A program made the translations under genes and the position numbers. DNA of 53,069 nt. It comes from a virus (Duplodnaviria; Caudoviricetes). The DNA is taken from positions 1-53,069 of IMG/VR virus record IMGVR_UViG_3300030118_003137; one strand, 5' to 3'. Below the pieces are notes generated by a model. It was not told where the DNA came from. It worked only from the letters and a program-made list of their open reading frames with translations, and did not search any database. Position 1 is the stretch's first letter. Every line of letters starts with the position of its first letter. Below are positions 14,729-25,244 of this stretch, piece after piece.

Positions 14729-17083
14729 ATGGCTTACGACGGAAAGTCTGGCAAAAAGATAGCCGAAGAAACTAAGCGCTTATTCGATTTATATAAAAGA
14801 AAAAGAGAGCATTGGGAAGTTCAGGCTAGAGAAGACCAGGAATATAGATTAGGTAGACAATGGACTAAAGAACAAGAGGAGACTCTTAAATCTCGTGGTC
14901 AAGCCCCTATTGTAGTAAATAGAATACACCCCGCAGTAGAAACAGCAAAAGCATTATTAACAGCAAATAGACCCTCTTTTAAAGTATCACCAAGAGAAGA
15001 TAGCGATACAAAAGTCGCTAATGTTTTAAATCACTTACTTTCTTATATGCACGATATATCTGATGGTAGAACTGTCATTAGACAAGCTATTGATGATTAT
15101 TATGTTACTGGATTAGGATATGTTATGGTATATCAAAATCCACAAGCAGATGCAGGTAAGGGTGAGGTTATGATTAAAGACATAGACCCTCTTGACGTAT
15201 ATGTTGACCCCAATTCTAGAGATCCTTTCTTTGATGATGCAGAAAATATAATTATATCTAGAAACTTTACAAAAGAGCAGGCTAAGGCATTATATCCTCA
15301 ATACGAAAAGGCTATAAGTGCTGCTACAGGCTTTTACGATAGTGATCAGATTATTACAGGAGGTGTAGATGATACAGGTATAACATTTCCTGGTGAAATA
15401 GATACAGTGGAGGATGGAGATGATGAATATATCAGAGGCTTTGAAAGGTATTACAAAGTTAATGAAAATATGTTTAGGGTTTTTGAACAGTTTACTGGAA
15501 AAGAGTTTAGATTTGATGAAGAAACTTTTGAACAGTACTTGCAAACACCTGTAGGAGTACACGAAGGTAAGATTTACGAAGGTAAAGATATTCAGAAGGC
15601 TCAAGATTCTATAGACAAAATGAAACTTCAAGTTTTAGATAAAAATCACAAGCTTATTGAAGAAGATATACATAAAATAGAAGAAGAGTTACAAATTGAA
15701 TATCAAGAAATGGAACAAAGGTTAGCTGAGCAAGTGCAATTAGGCAATATGCTTCCAGATAGAATGGAGTTTGAATTAGCTGAGCATATGGATAAAATGG
15801 ACACAGCTATTGAAGATGCAAAAATAAATGCAATGCAAGAAGCTGGTTTAGTAACTGAGTTACCAGGTGTTGAAATGAAAAATAAAGCTGACTTAGTAGG
15901 TGAAGGACTTATTGAGGTTGTACCTATTTCTGTCAGAAAAGTAAAGCAATGCGTTGTTATAGGAAATAAATATATCTATTCAAGGGTGCTGCCAACTAGT
16001 AGCTACCCAATAGTTCCTATTGTTAATCTACACACAAGAACACCTTTCCCCGTTTCAGATGTGCGTATGGTTAAAGGACTTCAGGATTACATTAATAAAA
16101 CACGCTCACTAATTATATCTCATGCAATAACATCTACAAATATGAAAGTTTTAATACCTTCAGGGTCAGTAGATATGCAAGAGTTTGAACAAAAGTGGGC
16201 GCAACCTGGAGTAGGAATAGAGGTAGACTTTGATATGGGGCAGCCAGTTGTGGCTAGTCCATCACCACTACCTAATGAGCTCTATAATAACGAACAGACT
16301 GCTAAAAACGACATCGACCACCAGTTAGGACTCTACGAAATGATGATGGGCAATTCTCAAGCTGCCCCACAAACTTATAAAGCAACTATATCTTTAGACG
16401 AGTTTGGACAAAGAAAAATTAAGTCTAAATTAGCAGATGTAGAGGGAGCATTAACTAGAGTAGCTAAAATAGCTATACAGATGATGCAAGAATTATATCA
16501 AGAAGAAAAAGTATTTAGAATTGTTCAACCAAACAATTCACTAAGCGAATATGCTATTAATAAAAAATTGTATGACGACAAAACAGATGAGATACAAGTA
16601 GCTAACGATATTACAGTTGGTCAGTATGACGTTGTCTATGTATCAGGCTCAACACTTCCGTCTAATAGATATGCGGAACTTGAGTTTTATATGGATGCAT
16701 ACTCAAAAGGTATTGTCGACAGAACAGAAGTCCTAAAGAAAACAGAAGTTTTCGATATGGAAGGAGTTCTCCAAAGAACAGATACTATCGAACAGCTTAC
16801 AGCACAACTCGAAAGTGCAAAAGAGCAAATCAAAGATCTACAAGGTGATATGCAAACTATGACTAGAGAGAATGTCCACCTGAAGCAAAAGGTAGAAGTA
16901 GAGAAGTTCAAAGGCGAATTAGATTCTACATCTAATAAGGCTAAATTAGCTGGTACGCTATTTGAAAAACGACTCGAAGATAATCTTTCAATGATTGGAA
17001 AAGAACTTCAAGACGCCGCCAAAGACAACAAAACTGGCTCACCTTCTAGCGGTAAGAAGCAGCCTAAAGAGAGGAAAAAATAG
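14729..17083 (+). CDS. Portal protein (P22-like) with coiled-coil insertion
   Basis: YRLGRQW...L..RGQAPIVVNRI, VYVDPNS, YPIVP, KGLQDYINK and DITVGQYDV. Start moved from 14696 to ATG 14729, which follows a GGGGG RBS. Confidence 0.9.
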   Translation: MAYDGKSGKKIAEETKRLFDLYKRKREHWEVQAREDQEYRLGRQWTKEQEETLKSRGQAPIVVNRIHPAVETAKALLTANRPSFKVSPREDSDTKVANVLNHLLSYMHDISDGRTVIRQAIDDYYVTGLGYVMVYQNPQADAGKGEVMIKDIDPLDVYVDPNSRDPFFDDAENIIISRNFTKEQAKALYPQYEKAISAATGFYDSDQIITGGVDDTGITFPGEIDTVEDGDDEYIRGFERYYKVNENMFRVFEQFTGKEFRFDEETFEQYLQTPVGVHEGKIYEGKDIQKAQDSIDKMKLQVLDKNHKLIEEDIHKIEEELQIEYQEMEQRLAEQVQLGNMLPDRMEFELAEHMDKMDTAIEDAKINAMQEAGLVTELPGVEMKNKADLVGEGLIEVVPISVRKVKQCVVIGNKYIYSRVLPTSSYPIVPIVNLHTRTPFPVSDVRMVKGLQDYINKTRSLIISHAITSTNMKVLIPSGSVDMQEFEQKWAQPGVGIEVDFDMGQPVVASPSPLPNELYNNEQTAKNDIDHQLGLYEMMMGNSQAAPQTYKATISLDEFGQRKIKSKLADVEGALTRVAKIAIQMMQELYQEEKVFRIVQPNNSLSEYAINKKLYDDKTDEIQVANDITVGQYDVVYVSGSTLPSNRYAELEFYMDAYSKGIVDRTEVLKKTEVFDMEGVLQRTDTIEQLTAQLESAKEQIKDLQGDMQTMTRENVHLKQKVEVEKFKGELDSTSNKAKLAGTLFEKRLEDNLSMIGKELQDAAKDNKTGSPSSGKKQPKERKK

Positions 17084-17085
17084 CA

Positions 17086-18090
17086 ATGGAAGCTAATAAC
17101 GAAATGGCTCCTGAGAACCAACCTCAAGAACAGGTTAATACAGATATACCTGATTTTGAAAAAGGTATGCAGGACACCCAACAAACAGATAACTCATTTA
17201 ACGATATGTTAGGATTACCTTCACCTGAAGAGACGGCCCCTCCTACACACGAGGATACCCAGACGCTTGTTGAAAAAGATGTAACACCTCAGCAAGACTT
17301 TTCTAATCAAGAAGTTAACCCTGACAATAACGATCAAGTGCGTTATCAATATTGGCAGTCGCAAGCTGCTAAATTGCAGAATCAAGTAAATGAAATGAAA
17401 GAGTATCAACCAATGGTTGATTATCTCCGTAGTAATCCAGAGGCCGTGCAAAATTTAACTCCTGGTGGTCAAAAACCAGCAGAAGCTAATGCACCAACAA
17501 GTCAGGAGCAAGAGGAGTTTCCTCCTCCACCTGCTAGGCCTGAGCAACCTGCTGGGTTCTCTAGAGAAGAGGCATATTCAGATCCTGCTAGTGCATCTGC
17601 TCAGTATTTAGATGAAGTTGATAAATGGCGTGATGATATTCAAACCTATAATCAATTAGCATCTCAATACCAAGTAGCTGTAATGAGAGAGACGTACAAT
17701 AAAAAAATCGAAAACCTAGAAAATATAGAAAAAAGTAGAGTTCAAAGAGCTGAAGAAGCTAATAAAATGAATGAGGTTAGGTCATATGTTCAAAATAATT
17801 ATGATTTAGGTGAAGACCTAGATGATTTTATATCGACTATGAATGACCCAAATTCAGTAAGCATGGACGAACTAGTAGCATACTATAAATTTAAAAAGGG
17901 TATGCCACCTGCACCAACACAACAATCTAATGTATCTGCTCCTAGCAATACATTTAATCAAGTGAAGCGTGCTCAGTCTGTTCCTACTCCTATGGGAGTT
18001 CAACCAGCTCAAACAAACGAACCTTCTGATTCTAGTCAAGATTTTATGAGTGCTCTTATAAAAAATGACAAACAAAACAATATCCTTTAA
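17086..18090 (+). CDS. Capsid scaffolding protein
   Basis: Between portal and capsid; acidic disordered N-terminus, YWQSQAAKL coiled coil and Pro-rich linkers. Confidence 0.75.
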   Translation: MEANNEMAPENQPQEQVNTDIPDFEKGMQDTQQTDNSFNDMLGLPSPEETAPPTHEDTQTLVEKDVTPQQDFSNQEVNPDNNDQVRYQYWQSQAAKLQNQVNEMKEYQPMVDYLRSNPEAVQNLTPGGQKPAEANAPTSQEQEEFPPPPARPEQPAGFSREEAYSDPASASAQYLDEVDKWRDDIQTYNQLASQYQVAVMRETYNKKIENLENIEKSRVQRAEEANKMNEVRSYVQNNYDLGEDLDDFISTMNDPNSVSMDELVAYYKFKKGMPPAPTQQSNVSAPSNTFNQVKRAQSVPTPMGVQPAQTNEPSDSSQDFMSALIKNDKQNNIL

Positions 18091-18105
18091 GGAGGGACGT
18101 AAAAA

Positions 18106-19644
18106 ATGGCAAACTTGAAAACAAGTACTCCATCTACTGCTTTTAATACGCAGGGCGGACCAGCTATTGATAATATAAGAAGAACGTTTGGCATTGGTGA
18201 TAAAGTTGCAGAGTTAGCTCCAGAAACATCAATTTTCTTCTCATATCTGTCAAAGCTAGGTAAAAAGCCTATCGATGAAACAGTGTGGAGACCTTTAGAA
18301 TATAGAAACCAATGGCAAAGACGTAACTTTACAGCAACTGCTGTTAAAGTAACAGATGCTGATAATGATTGGGCAGATGCAACAATAGTTGCAGGTTCAA
18401 ATGAAACTTCAGAAGGCGGTGCAGATGGCGATGTAGCTACTCATATTGCTTTTGAAGTTGATTACACGCATCAAGGTAAAGTAGTAAAAGGCTTAACTTC
18501 GTTAGGAACTAATACTACAGGTATGTTTTCACCTATCTTTTTAACTAAGAATCAAGTAGTTAGAGTTGGTGGAGTAGCATACAAAATTACTGCTGAGCCT
18601 GTTATATTAAAGCATGATGGCACTAACTGGGATGCAGATACTTCAGGAGATAAAGGTAAAGCTCAAGGTGGTTTAGCAATTATACCAGCTGCAAACTTTA
18701 TCAAAATATCTGACAATGATAGTGTTACATGGGGGCAAACAAATTCTGCGTTTGCAAAAGCTGGTCAAGTAATGGGATCTCAATGGGGTGAAGCTACAGA
18801 AGCTCCAGAAGGTTTCAGAGATGAAATCTCTAGTGCAGAGTTTTATACTCAGATATTTAAAACAGCAGTTCCATTAATGAGTGGTTCAATGATGGCTACA
18901 AAGTATAGAGGGTATGCTAATGAATGGCAAAGAATCTATGCTGAGCACATTAAAGCACACAAAATGGACCTAGAGAATGCTTTCTTATTTGGTTATGGAA
19001 AGTACAATACTGCTGATGTTAGATCATCTTGGGGTATAATACCATTTCTAGAAGCAAAAGGTGGCAAAAGGTACGAATTAGATTATAATAAAGGTACTGC
19101 TGCTGCTAGTTCAGATTCTACTTATGACGTTAAAGCAGGATTCAACTATGATGGTATAGTTGATGTAATGGATGACTTCATGAGTTATGAATCTGGAAAC
19201 AGTGGACAGAAACTATGCTTAACATCTAGAAAAGTTATCAATAGTTTACTTAAAATGGGTGACGGCAACTTCTTGTCTAATTCATTTACTAAAGCTAGTG
19301 ATGGAACTGCAACAAATAATAAAGACGTATTTGCTGCTACTTTAGATGTTAAAGGTTCTAGCTTCATGCCAATCGATATAGCTTCAATCAAAACATCATA
19401 TGGTGCTATGAATTTCGTAGCTCATCCGTTGTTTAGAAATGATATGGCTGATAAAGCTGTATGTATCGATCTTTCTAATGTTTCTTATCGACCATTAAGT
19501 GGAAACGGAATATCGAGAGATACTTTTGTTGAAACTAATGTTCAAGATAACGACATTGACGGCAGAAAAGACATGATTATAACAGAAGCGGGTCTTGAGG
19601 TAATGTTACCTGAAACTCACGCTGTTATTGATTTTGTTGAGTAA
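18106..19644 (+). CDS. Major capsid protein (HK97 fold)
   Basis: VAELAPETSIFFSYLSKL, YTQIFKT, HKMDLENAFLFG and C-terminal TEAGLEV..PETHA; strong RBS and a downstream hairpin. Confidence 0.9.
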   Translation: MANLKTSTPSTAFNTQGGPAIDNIRRTFGIGDKVAELAPETSIFFSYLSKLGKKPIDETVWRPLEYRNQWQRRNFTATAVKVTDADNDWADATIVAGSNETSEGGADGDVATHIAFEVDYTHQGKVVKGLTSLGTNTTGMFSPIFLTKNQVVRVGGVAYKITAEPVILKHDGTNWDADTSGDKGKAQGGLAIIPAANFIKISDNDSVTWGQTNSAFAKAGQVMGSQWGEATEAPEGFRDEISSAEFYTQIFKTAVPLMSGSMMATKYRGYANEWQRIYAEHIKAHKMDLENAFLFGYGKYNTADVRSSWGIIPFLEAKGGKRYELDYNKGTAAASSDSTYDVKAGFNYDGIVDVMDDFMSYESGNSGQKLCLTSRKVINSLLKMGDGNFLSNSFTKASDGTATNNKDVFAATLDVKGSSFMPIDIASIKTSYGAMNFVAHPLFRNDMADKAVCIDLSNVSYRPLSGNGISRDTFVETNVQDNDIDGRKDMIITEAGLEVMLPETHAVIDFVE

Positions 19645-19659
19645 ATAATAGTTAACACA

Positions 19660-19692
19660 GTGATGCCCCCTGTGGTTGCAGGGGGTTATCAC
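19660..19692 (+). terminator. GC-rich hairpin after the capsid gene (terminator or stabiliser)
   Basis: gtgat-g-ccccctg/caggggg-tt-atcac; no clear U-tract. Confidence 0.55.
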
Positions 19693-19704
19693 ACTTAGGA
19701 GAAT

Positions 19705-20484
19705 ATGTCAGTAATATCTAAAATAACAAACGTACTAGGAGCCACAGATTCAACTATATTTGATGAATTGCAGGATAAGTACGATATTATAACAGAGGGC
19801 GTTTGGGAGGCTGCAGCTTTATTGCCTGCAACTTACATGGCTCAAGCCACTACTCCTTCTAATGATCCAGAAAACATACCCAATGATACAGATGAGCAGT
19901 TTCCTATTGGGAGCGTAATGGATGATGGTCATGAGTTTGAACAAGATGACATTATACTTGCAGTAGAAAGAGTGTTTAGTGAAAGCACTTTTATTGCCAA
20001 TGTCCCTAGTGAAAAGTATTTAACAAGATTTGCTAAAGAAATACCAATTACTCAAAAATCCAGAGTTTTAGATACTGATAGTATACATTTAGCAACAAAT
20101 TGGAGTCCAGTTTTTTGGTTTGAAAATAAAGTAGGAAACTCTACAAAAAAATTAATATATGGAGCGCCTTCTACTGTTGCAGTATTTAAAGAGATTGGTA
20201 GTGCAAATTATTTAGACACTAATTCTTCAGCTTTTAGAGTTTATAAATATAGCAAAGTTACAATTGACGATGCAACTACAGAGGCTAATGCTTTTGCTGG
20301 GTTTCCTCAGCCAACATTAGAACTAGTGTATTATCATTGCGCAACAAAACTTATTACTGCAGTATTAAATAAGCAAGGTATTGAAGAAGAGGACACTGAA
20401 TTATTCCAACTTTTAAGTGCTCAAAAAGCAGAATTAGAAAAAACAACAGCAGCAAAATTACAATTTTTCAGGGAGAATTATTAA
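19705..20484 (+). CDS. Putative head-tail adaptor / structural protein
   Basis: Position after the capsid gene; helical ends flanking a beta-rich core. Confidence 0.55.
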   Translation: MSVISKITNVLGATDSTIFDELQDKYDIITEGVWEAAALLPATYMAQATTPSNDPENIPNDTDEQFPIGSVMDDGHEFEQDDIILAVERVFSESTFIANVPSEKYLTRFAKEIPITQKSRVLDTDSIHLATNWSPVFWFENKVGNSTKKLIYGAPSTVAVFKEIGSANYLDTNSSAFRVYKYSKVTIDDATTEANAFAGFPQPTLELVYYHCATKLITAVLNKQGIEEEDTELFQLLSAQKAELEKTTAAKLQFFRENY

Positions 20485-20756
20485 TGAAGCAAAAAGAAAT
20501 GATTGAAATAATTCAACAACATCACCCTGAAGCTACAGAAACCGCAATAAGAAAGGCTTTAAATAGAGCCCAAGATGACTTTGCATCTAAAACTAAGATA
20601 TTAAAAGTTGCATCTAACAATTCTGATTCTACAGTTTCAGACCAAAGATATTATAACTTGCCTCCAGAGGTATTAGAAATAAAAAGAGTTGAATTAAACG
20701 AAATAGAAATTAAAAGACTTCTAGATAGACCAATAAAAGGAGATTATAGCTCATGA
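20484..20756 (+). CDS. Putative adaptor protein, N-terminal-like module
   Basis: IRKALNRAQDDFASKT...YNLPPEVLEIKRVE resembles N-termini of podoviral adaptor proteins. Confidence 0.55.
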   Translation: MKQKEMIEIIQQHHPEATETAIRKALNRAQDDFASKTKILKVASNNSDSTVSDQRYYNLPPEVLEIKRVELNEIEIKRLLDRPIKGDYSS

Positions 20757-21136
20757 GTATAGATGAGATAAGAAAGAATTACTTCTGGTTTGTCAATGGA
20801 AACAGAATAGGTATTGTAGAAAAGAATAAAACTCTTGACGGTGGTGATGAGTTTTTGTCAGTTCAAAAAGCAGGAATGAATATTAGAATTGAATATATAA
20901 CAAGACCATTACCTTTTACAACTGATTTAACCGAATCTAGTGAATTACCAGATCAATTCCATGAAGCTATATGCTACAAGGTTATATCTGATTTATATAA
21001 ATTACCAGGAGAAACTTTAAATTTACAATTGGCTCAATACTTTGACCAACAATACTTACTGCAAGTAAGGGAAGGGAAAAAAGTAGGAGCAAGAAATAAA
21101 GTATCAAGCGGTGTAATTAAACCCTGGAGCTATTAA
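20753..21136 (+). CDS. Putative adaptor protein, C-terminal-like module
   Basis: IRIEYITRP...ELPDQFHEAICYKVISDLY resembles adaptor C-termini; ATGA overlap. Confidence 0.55.
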   Translation: MSIDEIRKNYFWFVNGNRIGIVEKNKTLDGGDEFLSVQKAGMNIRIEYITRPLPFTTDLTESSELPDQFHEAICYKVISDLYKLPGETLNLQLAQYFDQQYLLQVREGKKVGARNKVSSGVIKPWSY

Positions 21137-21459
21137 TGTCTTTTACAAGAGATAATATATCACAATCTTCAAGTTTTAGTAGGGTAGGTTCTGTATCGAC
21201 ATCTACAACACCTGCTTTTTCAGTTTTTAATATAAACACAAATTCTACTAATTATAGTTTAGGCTATGATTGGGGAATAACAATAAATAACACGAATAAA
21301 TCACTTTCTTTTAATTATAAAGGAAGTTCTAAATTAACAATAACAGATACTGGATTTCAATTATCAAGCTTTGTTCTTCCAACTGTGTCTACATTACCGT
21401 CGACACCATCAGAAGGAACACTTGTAAATCATAACGATATATTTAAAATCTATATCTAA
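21136..21459 (+). CDS. Small S/T-rich structural protein
   Basis: LPTVSTLPSTPSEGTLV...IFKIY, typical of fibre attachment modules. Confidence 0.5.
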   Translation: MSFTRDNISQSSSFSRVGSVSTSTTPAFSVFNINTNSTNYSLGYDWGITINNTNKSLSFNYKGSSKLTITDTGFQLSSFVLPTVSTLPSTPSEGTLVNHNDIFKIYI

Positions 21460-21474
21460 GAAGGAGGCAAACTC

Positions 21475-22839
21475 ATGGCTGAGTGGAAAAAAGTCTTAAC
21501 TGCCACAACATCGGGAACTGACTTAGTTGGCTCCGCTGGTAGTAATGGACAGGTTTTACAAACAAATGGATCAGATGTATTAAGTTGGGTAGACCAGTCA
21601 ACAGGAACTACAGACTTAGGTATTAATCAAGATGGTGACGGAGTAGAGATTACATCATCTTCAGGAGATAATGTAACTATAGGTGCTGCAACTAGCTCCC
21701 AATGGGGTGTACTAAAAGATGATGATTGGTCAACATTTAATAGTAAGCAAGCAGCTATAACTGGTGCTGCGTCAACAATTACTAGTTCAGATTTAACTGT
21801 AAGCAGGGCATTGTTATCTAATGTTAGTGGAAAAGTAGCTGTATCTGCAACTACTGCTGTCGAACTTTCATACTTACAGGGAGTAAGTAGTGCAATTCAA
21901 ACTCAATTAGATGCAAAACAAGGTACATTAACATTTGGTATTGCTAATAGCAATGCAGTAGATATAGATAGTTCAACTGTAACAGATGGTGAATATGCTA
22001 GGTTTACCGCTAATGGATTAGAGAGTAGAAGTAATGCAGAAGTATTATCAGATATTGGTGCTCAAGCATCAGGTTCTTATGCAGCATTAGCTGGAAGTAC
22101 AAGTCAAAACTTTTCAGCTGACACTTTAACATTAGGAAATGACTTAAAATTAGATGGTCAAGGAAGTCTACTGTATAATACTGCTGGTACAGCTGGTACA
22201 GATGATATATTTGACATCGGTCCAGGACAAGCAACAGGCGCAAAAAACTTAAGGTTTACATATTCAGCTATTGGAACTGTTCCTAAAACACAGTTTTATG
22301 GATTCCTTGAATCTGGAGCCTCAGGAGCTGTAATTAAAGGGTTTCCTGATGGAAACCTTAATCTACATACAGATGTTGATTGTGTAATAAGATTAGATGT
22401 TGACCAAGATAGTAATGGTAAGTTTATTGTAAAAAATGGTGGTGGTACATCAGTTTTTGAAGTAGATGAGTCTGGTAATGTCCAGTTAGATGGAGATTTA
22501 ACTGTATCGGGGTCAACAATAACAACAGAAACTGAAATTATAGAAGTAAATAACAATACTATAGTATTAAATGCAAATTTAAGTACTAGTACAGACGTTG
22601 ATGCTGGATTTGTAGTAGAAAGAGGCAGTTCAGTCGATAATGCCTTATTTTACTGGGATGAAGGTGAAGATAAATGGATGATTGGTACAAATGATAATGC
22701 TGATTTATCTACAACCCCTACTTACGGAGCAGATGTTATGCAAGTAAGGATTGACAATGGTTATAATAATGCTTCTGAAGAAGTTCCAGTTGGTCATATG
22801 CAATATCATAATGGTATTTTATACTTGAGAACATCGTAA
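21475..22839 (+). CDS. Tail fibre-like protein
   Basis: GQVLQTNGS.VLSW, ELSYLQGVSSAIQTQLDAKQ and GDLTVSGS...IVLN...DAGFVVERG...WDE; G/S/T-rich. Confidence 0.75.
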   Translation: MAEWKKVLTATTSGTDLVGSAGSNGQVLQTNGSDVLSWVDQSTGTTDLGINQDGDGVEITSSSGDNVTIGAATSSQWGVLKDDDWSTFNSKQAAITGAASTITSSDLTVSRALLSNVSGKVAVSATTAVELSYLQGVSSAIQTQLDAKQGTLTFGIANSNAVDIDSSTVTDGEYARFTANGLESRSNAEVLSDIGAQASGSYAALAGSTSQNFSADTLTLGNDLKLDGQGSLLYNTAGTAGTDDIFDIGPGQATGAKNLRFTYSAIGTVPKTQFYGFLESGASGAVIKGFPDGNLNLHTDVDCVIRLDVDQDSNGKFIVKNGGGTSVFEVDESGNVQLDGDLTVSGSTITTETEIIEVNNNTIVLNANLSTSTDVDAGFVVERGSSVDNALFYWDEGEDKWMIGTNDNADLSTTPTYGADVMQVRIDNGYNNASEEVPVGHMQYHNGILYLRTS

Positions 22840-23030
22840 TGAGTAAAAATACCTTTAACTTTAAAGAAGATAAAACAAAAGTATCATTTACTATACAAGA
22901 TACAGAAATGTTAATAAGATTGCTTCAAGCCTCTCAAATAACAGGAGCTGAAGCAAAACCTTTAGCGCAAGTACTAGACAAAGTGGTAAAAATACATGAA
23001 CAACTTCTAGCTAAAAAAGTTATGATATAA
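22839..23030 (+). CDS. Hypothetical protein (possible fibre chaperone)
   Basis: ORF track; translationally coupled to both neighbours. Confidence 0.6.
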   Translation: MSKNTFNFKEDKTKVSFTIQDTEMLIRLLQASQITGAEAKPLAQVLDKVVKIHEQLLAKKVMI

Positions 23031-23509
23031 TGGCAAGTTGGGAGCAAATAAAAACACATGGGGGAGTTAACTCTATAGAAGGAGACTTTGTAGCAACTTT
23101 CTCTGATTTTAGTACTGCTGGTTTTTTTAAAGGTGATACTATATCCTTTGGAACTGGAGATGCATTTACAAAAGGTAAATTATATGTTTATGGAAATACA
23201 GGATGGGCTTTAGCAGATAAAGATACGGCTGCTCACGGACCTTTACTTATTGCTGGCGCTACTGCTGATACTACAGGAACTAACTTTCCAGATAAAGGTA
23301 TGTGCATTAAAGGTTTGTTTCGAATTGACACTATATCAGGAACAGAGACTTTAGGAAGTGTTGTTTATTTAGGGGATAGCGGAAACGTCACTACAGATGT
23401 TAGTGGATTTGAAGCAGGAGATATAATAAGACCTGTAGGTTATTTAGTAAACACTACTTATAATGTAATATATCTAGATCCTGACAAAACATGGGTGGAG
23501 CTATCATAA
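23030..23509 (+). CDS. Structural/decoration-like protein
   Basis: WALAD...G.VVYL...G.VT...GDIIRPVGY pattern seen in phage fibre/decoration domains. Confidence 0.6.
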   Translation: MASWEQIKTHGGVNSIEGDFVATFSDFSTAGFFKGDTISFGTGDAFTKGKLYVYGNTGWALADKDTAAHGPLLIAGATADTTGTNFPDKGMCIKGLFRIDTISGTETLGSVVYLGDSGNVTTDVSGFEAGDIIRPVGYLVNTTYNVIYLDPDKTWVELS

Positions 23510-23667
23510 TGGTTTGCGAATATTGTAAAAAAGCTGCTGGGATTGAAGTAGAGTTTGAAACAGTCATTGTAGATGCGGAGCATGCATTAGAGTACGACGA
23601 TTATAACGAAGGAGACAAAATATCTCAATGTCCTCATTGCATGTCAATAGAGGGCGAAAATGGCTAA
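23509..23667 (+). CDS. Small acidic Zn-ribbon protein (52 aa)
   Basis: Manual ORF MVCEYC...QCPHCMSIEGENG; coupled to both neighbours. Confidence 0.65.
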   Translation: MVCEYCKKAAGIEVEFETVIVDAEHALEYDDYNEGDKISQCPHCMSIEGENG

Positions 23668-25084
23668 TTATTTTACTGAAAATTTTCAAAGTGCTCTTGC
23701 TGGAGGAAACTTAAATAACGTTACAACTGCAGATGCATCTCACAGTAGTACAGGCACAAATTACTTACCTAATAATTGGGTTAAGTTTTCTGATTTAACA
23801 GCAGAAGTAAATGGTTGTACGATAGGCACTGCTTTTTCTGGAACGCAACTAGGGCCAGCAAAACAAACTGAATCCTGGGGAAATCAAGTTACAGACAATA
23901 ATTTTAGAGATAATCAGTGGGTAATATTTACTGATGGCACTGCATCTAATTACACAGGACCTCTAGGGGGAAGAAATCCTGCCAATAATGGTCATCTTAC
24001 TTCAACGGGTAATGATAAATACCTTGGATGGGAAGCTTCAGGAATAAATGGAACCAGCTTTGGAGACACGACTACTAGAGATAGAGGTTTAGGGTTAATA
24101 CGAACAAAAGCAATTGATTTAACGTCTGTTTCAAGCACAGAAACATTAACTTTAACAGGATATTTTCATGCATATGGGCTTGCAATAGGAGCTTTTGGAG
24201 TTGCTTGTACAACGAGTAGTAATAATGCATCATCTGCTAGTGAAGCATTTACAGGCTCTGGATTTACAGGCTTTACAAACGATACAGGTGACGGCTTAGG
24301 TGGTGGAGGCTGCGATATAGATTACGCCTCTGGTAACGGCAGCACTATAAATGTATATAACAAGAAAAGAATTGTAGGAGAACAACAAACATCTAACGGG
24401 GCTTCTTGGAACCCTTTTTCAGTTGACTTGACAGGGGCAGGAGGACAAACAGTTTATATTTATTTTTTATATGAATGTATGAACCAATTGTCGTACAAGT
24501 GGGACGAAACTGATTCTTATGTAGGAAGCGAGTATTGGAAAGGTGATTTTTGCATAACTGACTTATCTTTAGACGACTCAGTTGTTCCTGATACTGATTA
24601 TGAAGGTAAGATATTTAATATAGCAGGTTCTTCTATAGAAAATATATATGGTCAAGACTTAGATGAAGGTGATAAAGTTATGGGTAGTGATGGTGTAAAT
24701 ACTGCAAATAACACTAAAGTCTTTAATTTTACAAACTCTTTTACTGGTACTGGAAGTTTATCTGGCACTGCAAGTTTTCGTATAAGGCTTAACTCAGGAT
24801 GGACATCGTTTGCTACTGTAAATTTAGCTACTGCAGGAAACACTTTTTCGGTTTCAGTTCCAGAAAATGTTGTTAGTGGCGCCTACGCAACAGGCAACAA
24901 TATATCTTTTTCATTTCCAGCTCCAGCAGGAGATTACACTATAGAAAGTATTAGTGAAACAGTAACTCCTGCAAATGCAGTATATAATTATTATTTACAT
25001 TCATTTAGCAGTTTTAAATATATACTAGGTTACAATAGGACAACGCCAAGTGTATCAAATATTACATTAAATTGGGAGTCTTAA
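23660..25084 (+). CDS. Virion surface protein with MAM-like beta-sandwich domain
   Basis: GTASNYTGP...YLGWEAS...IDL...LTGYFHAYG...W...VDL...GDFCITDL pattern resembles MAM domains. Confidence 0.55.
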   Translation: MANYFTENFQSALAGGNLNNVTTADASHSSTGTNYLPNNWVKFSDLTAEVNGCTIGTAFSGTQLGPAKQTESWGNQVTDNNFRDNQWVIFTDGTASNYTGPLGGRNPANNGHLTSTGNDKYLGWEASGINGTSFGDTTTRDRGLGLIRTKAIDLTSVSSTETLTLTGYFHAYGLAIGAFGVACTTSSNNASSASEAFTGSGFTGFTNDTGDGLGGGGCDIDYASGNGSTINVYNKKRIVGEQQTSNGASWNPFSVDLTGAGGQTVYIYFLYECMNQLSYKWDETDSYVGSEYWKGDFCITDLSLDDSVVPDTDYEGKIFNIAGSSIENIYGQDLDEGDKVMGSDGVNTANNTKVFNFTNSFTGTGSLSGTASFRIRLNSGWTSFATVNLATAGNTFSVSVPENVVSGAYATGNNISFSFPAPAGDYTIESISETVTPANAVYNYYLHSFSSFKYILGYNRTTPSVSNITLNWES

Positions 25085-25085
25085 T

Positions 25086-25244
25086 ATGATAGACACATTA
25101 AAAACATCAGCCGTAGGTATTGCGGGATCTACTACAGCACAGATGCTACACTGGACAGAATGGGTTCCCCCAATCTTTAGCGCACTAGCTGCGTTGTCAA
25201 CACTAATATTTATGTTAATTAAAATATACAAGGAGGTAAAATGA
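25086..25244 (+). CDS. Small membrane protein, possible holin (52 aa)
   Basis: Manual ORF with hydrophobic IFSALAALSTLIFMLIKIY. Confidence 0.6.
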   Translation: MIDTLKTSAVGIAGSTTAQMLHWTEWVPPIFSALAALSTLIFMLIKIYKEVK

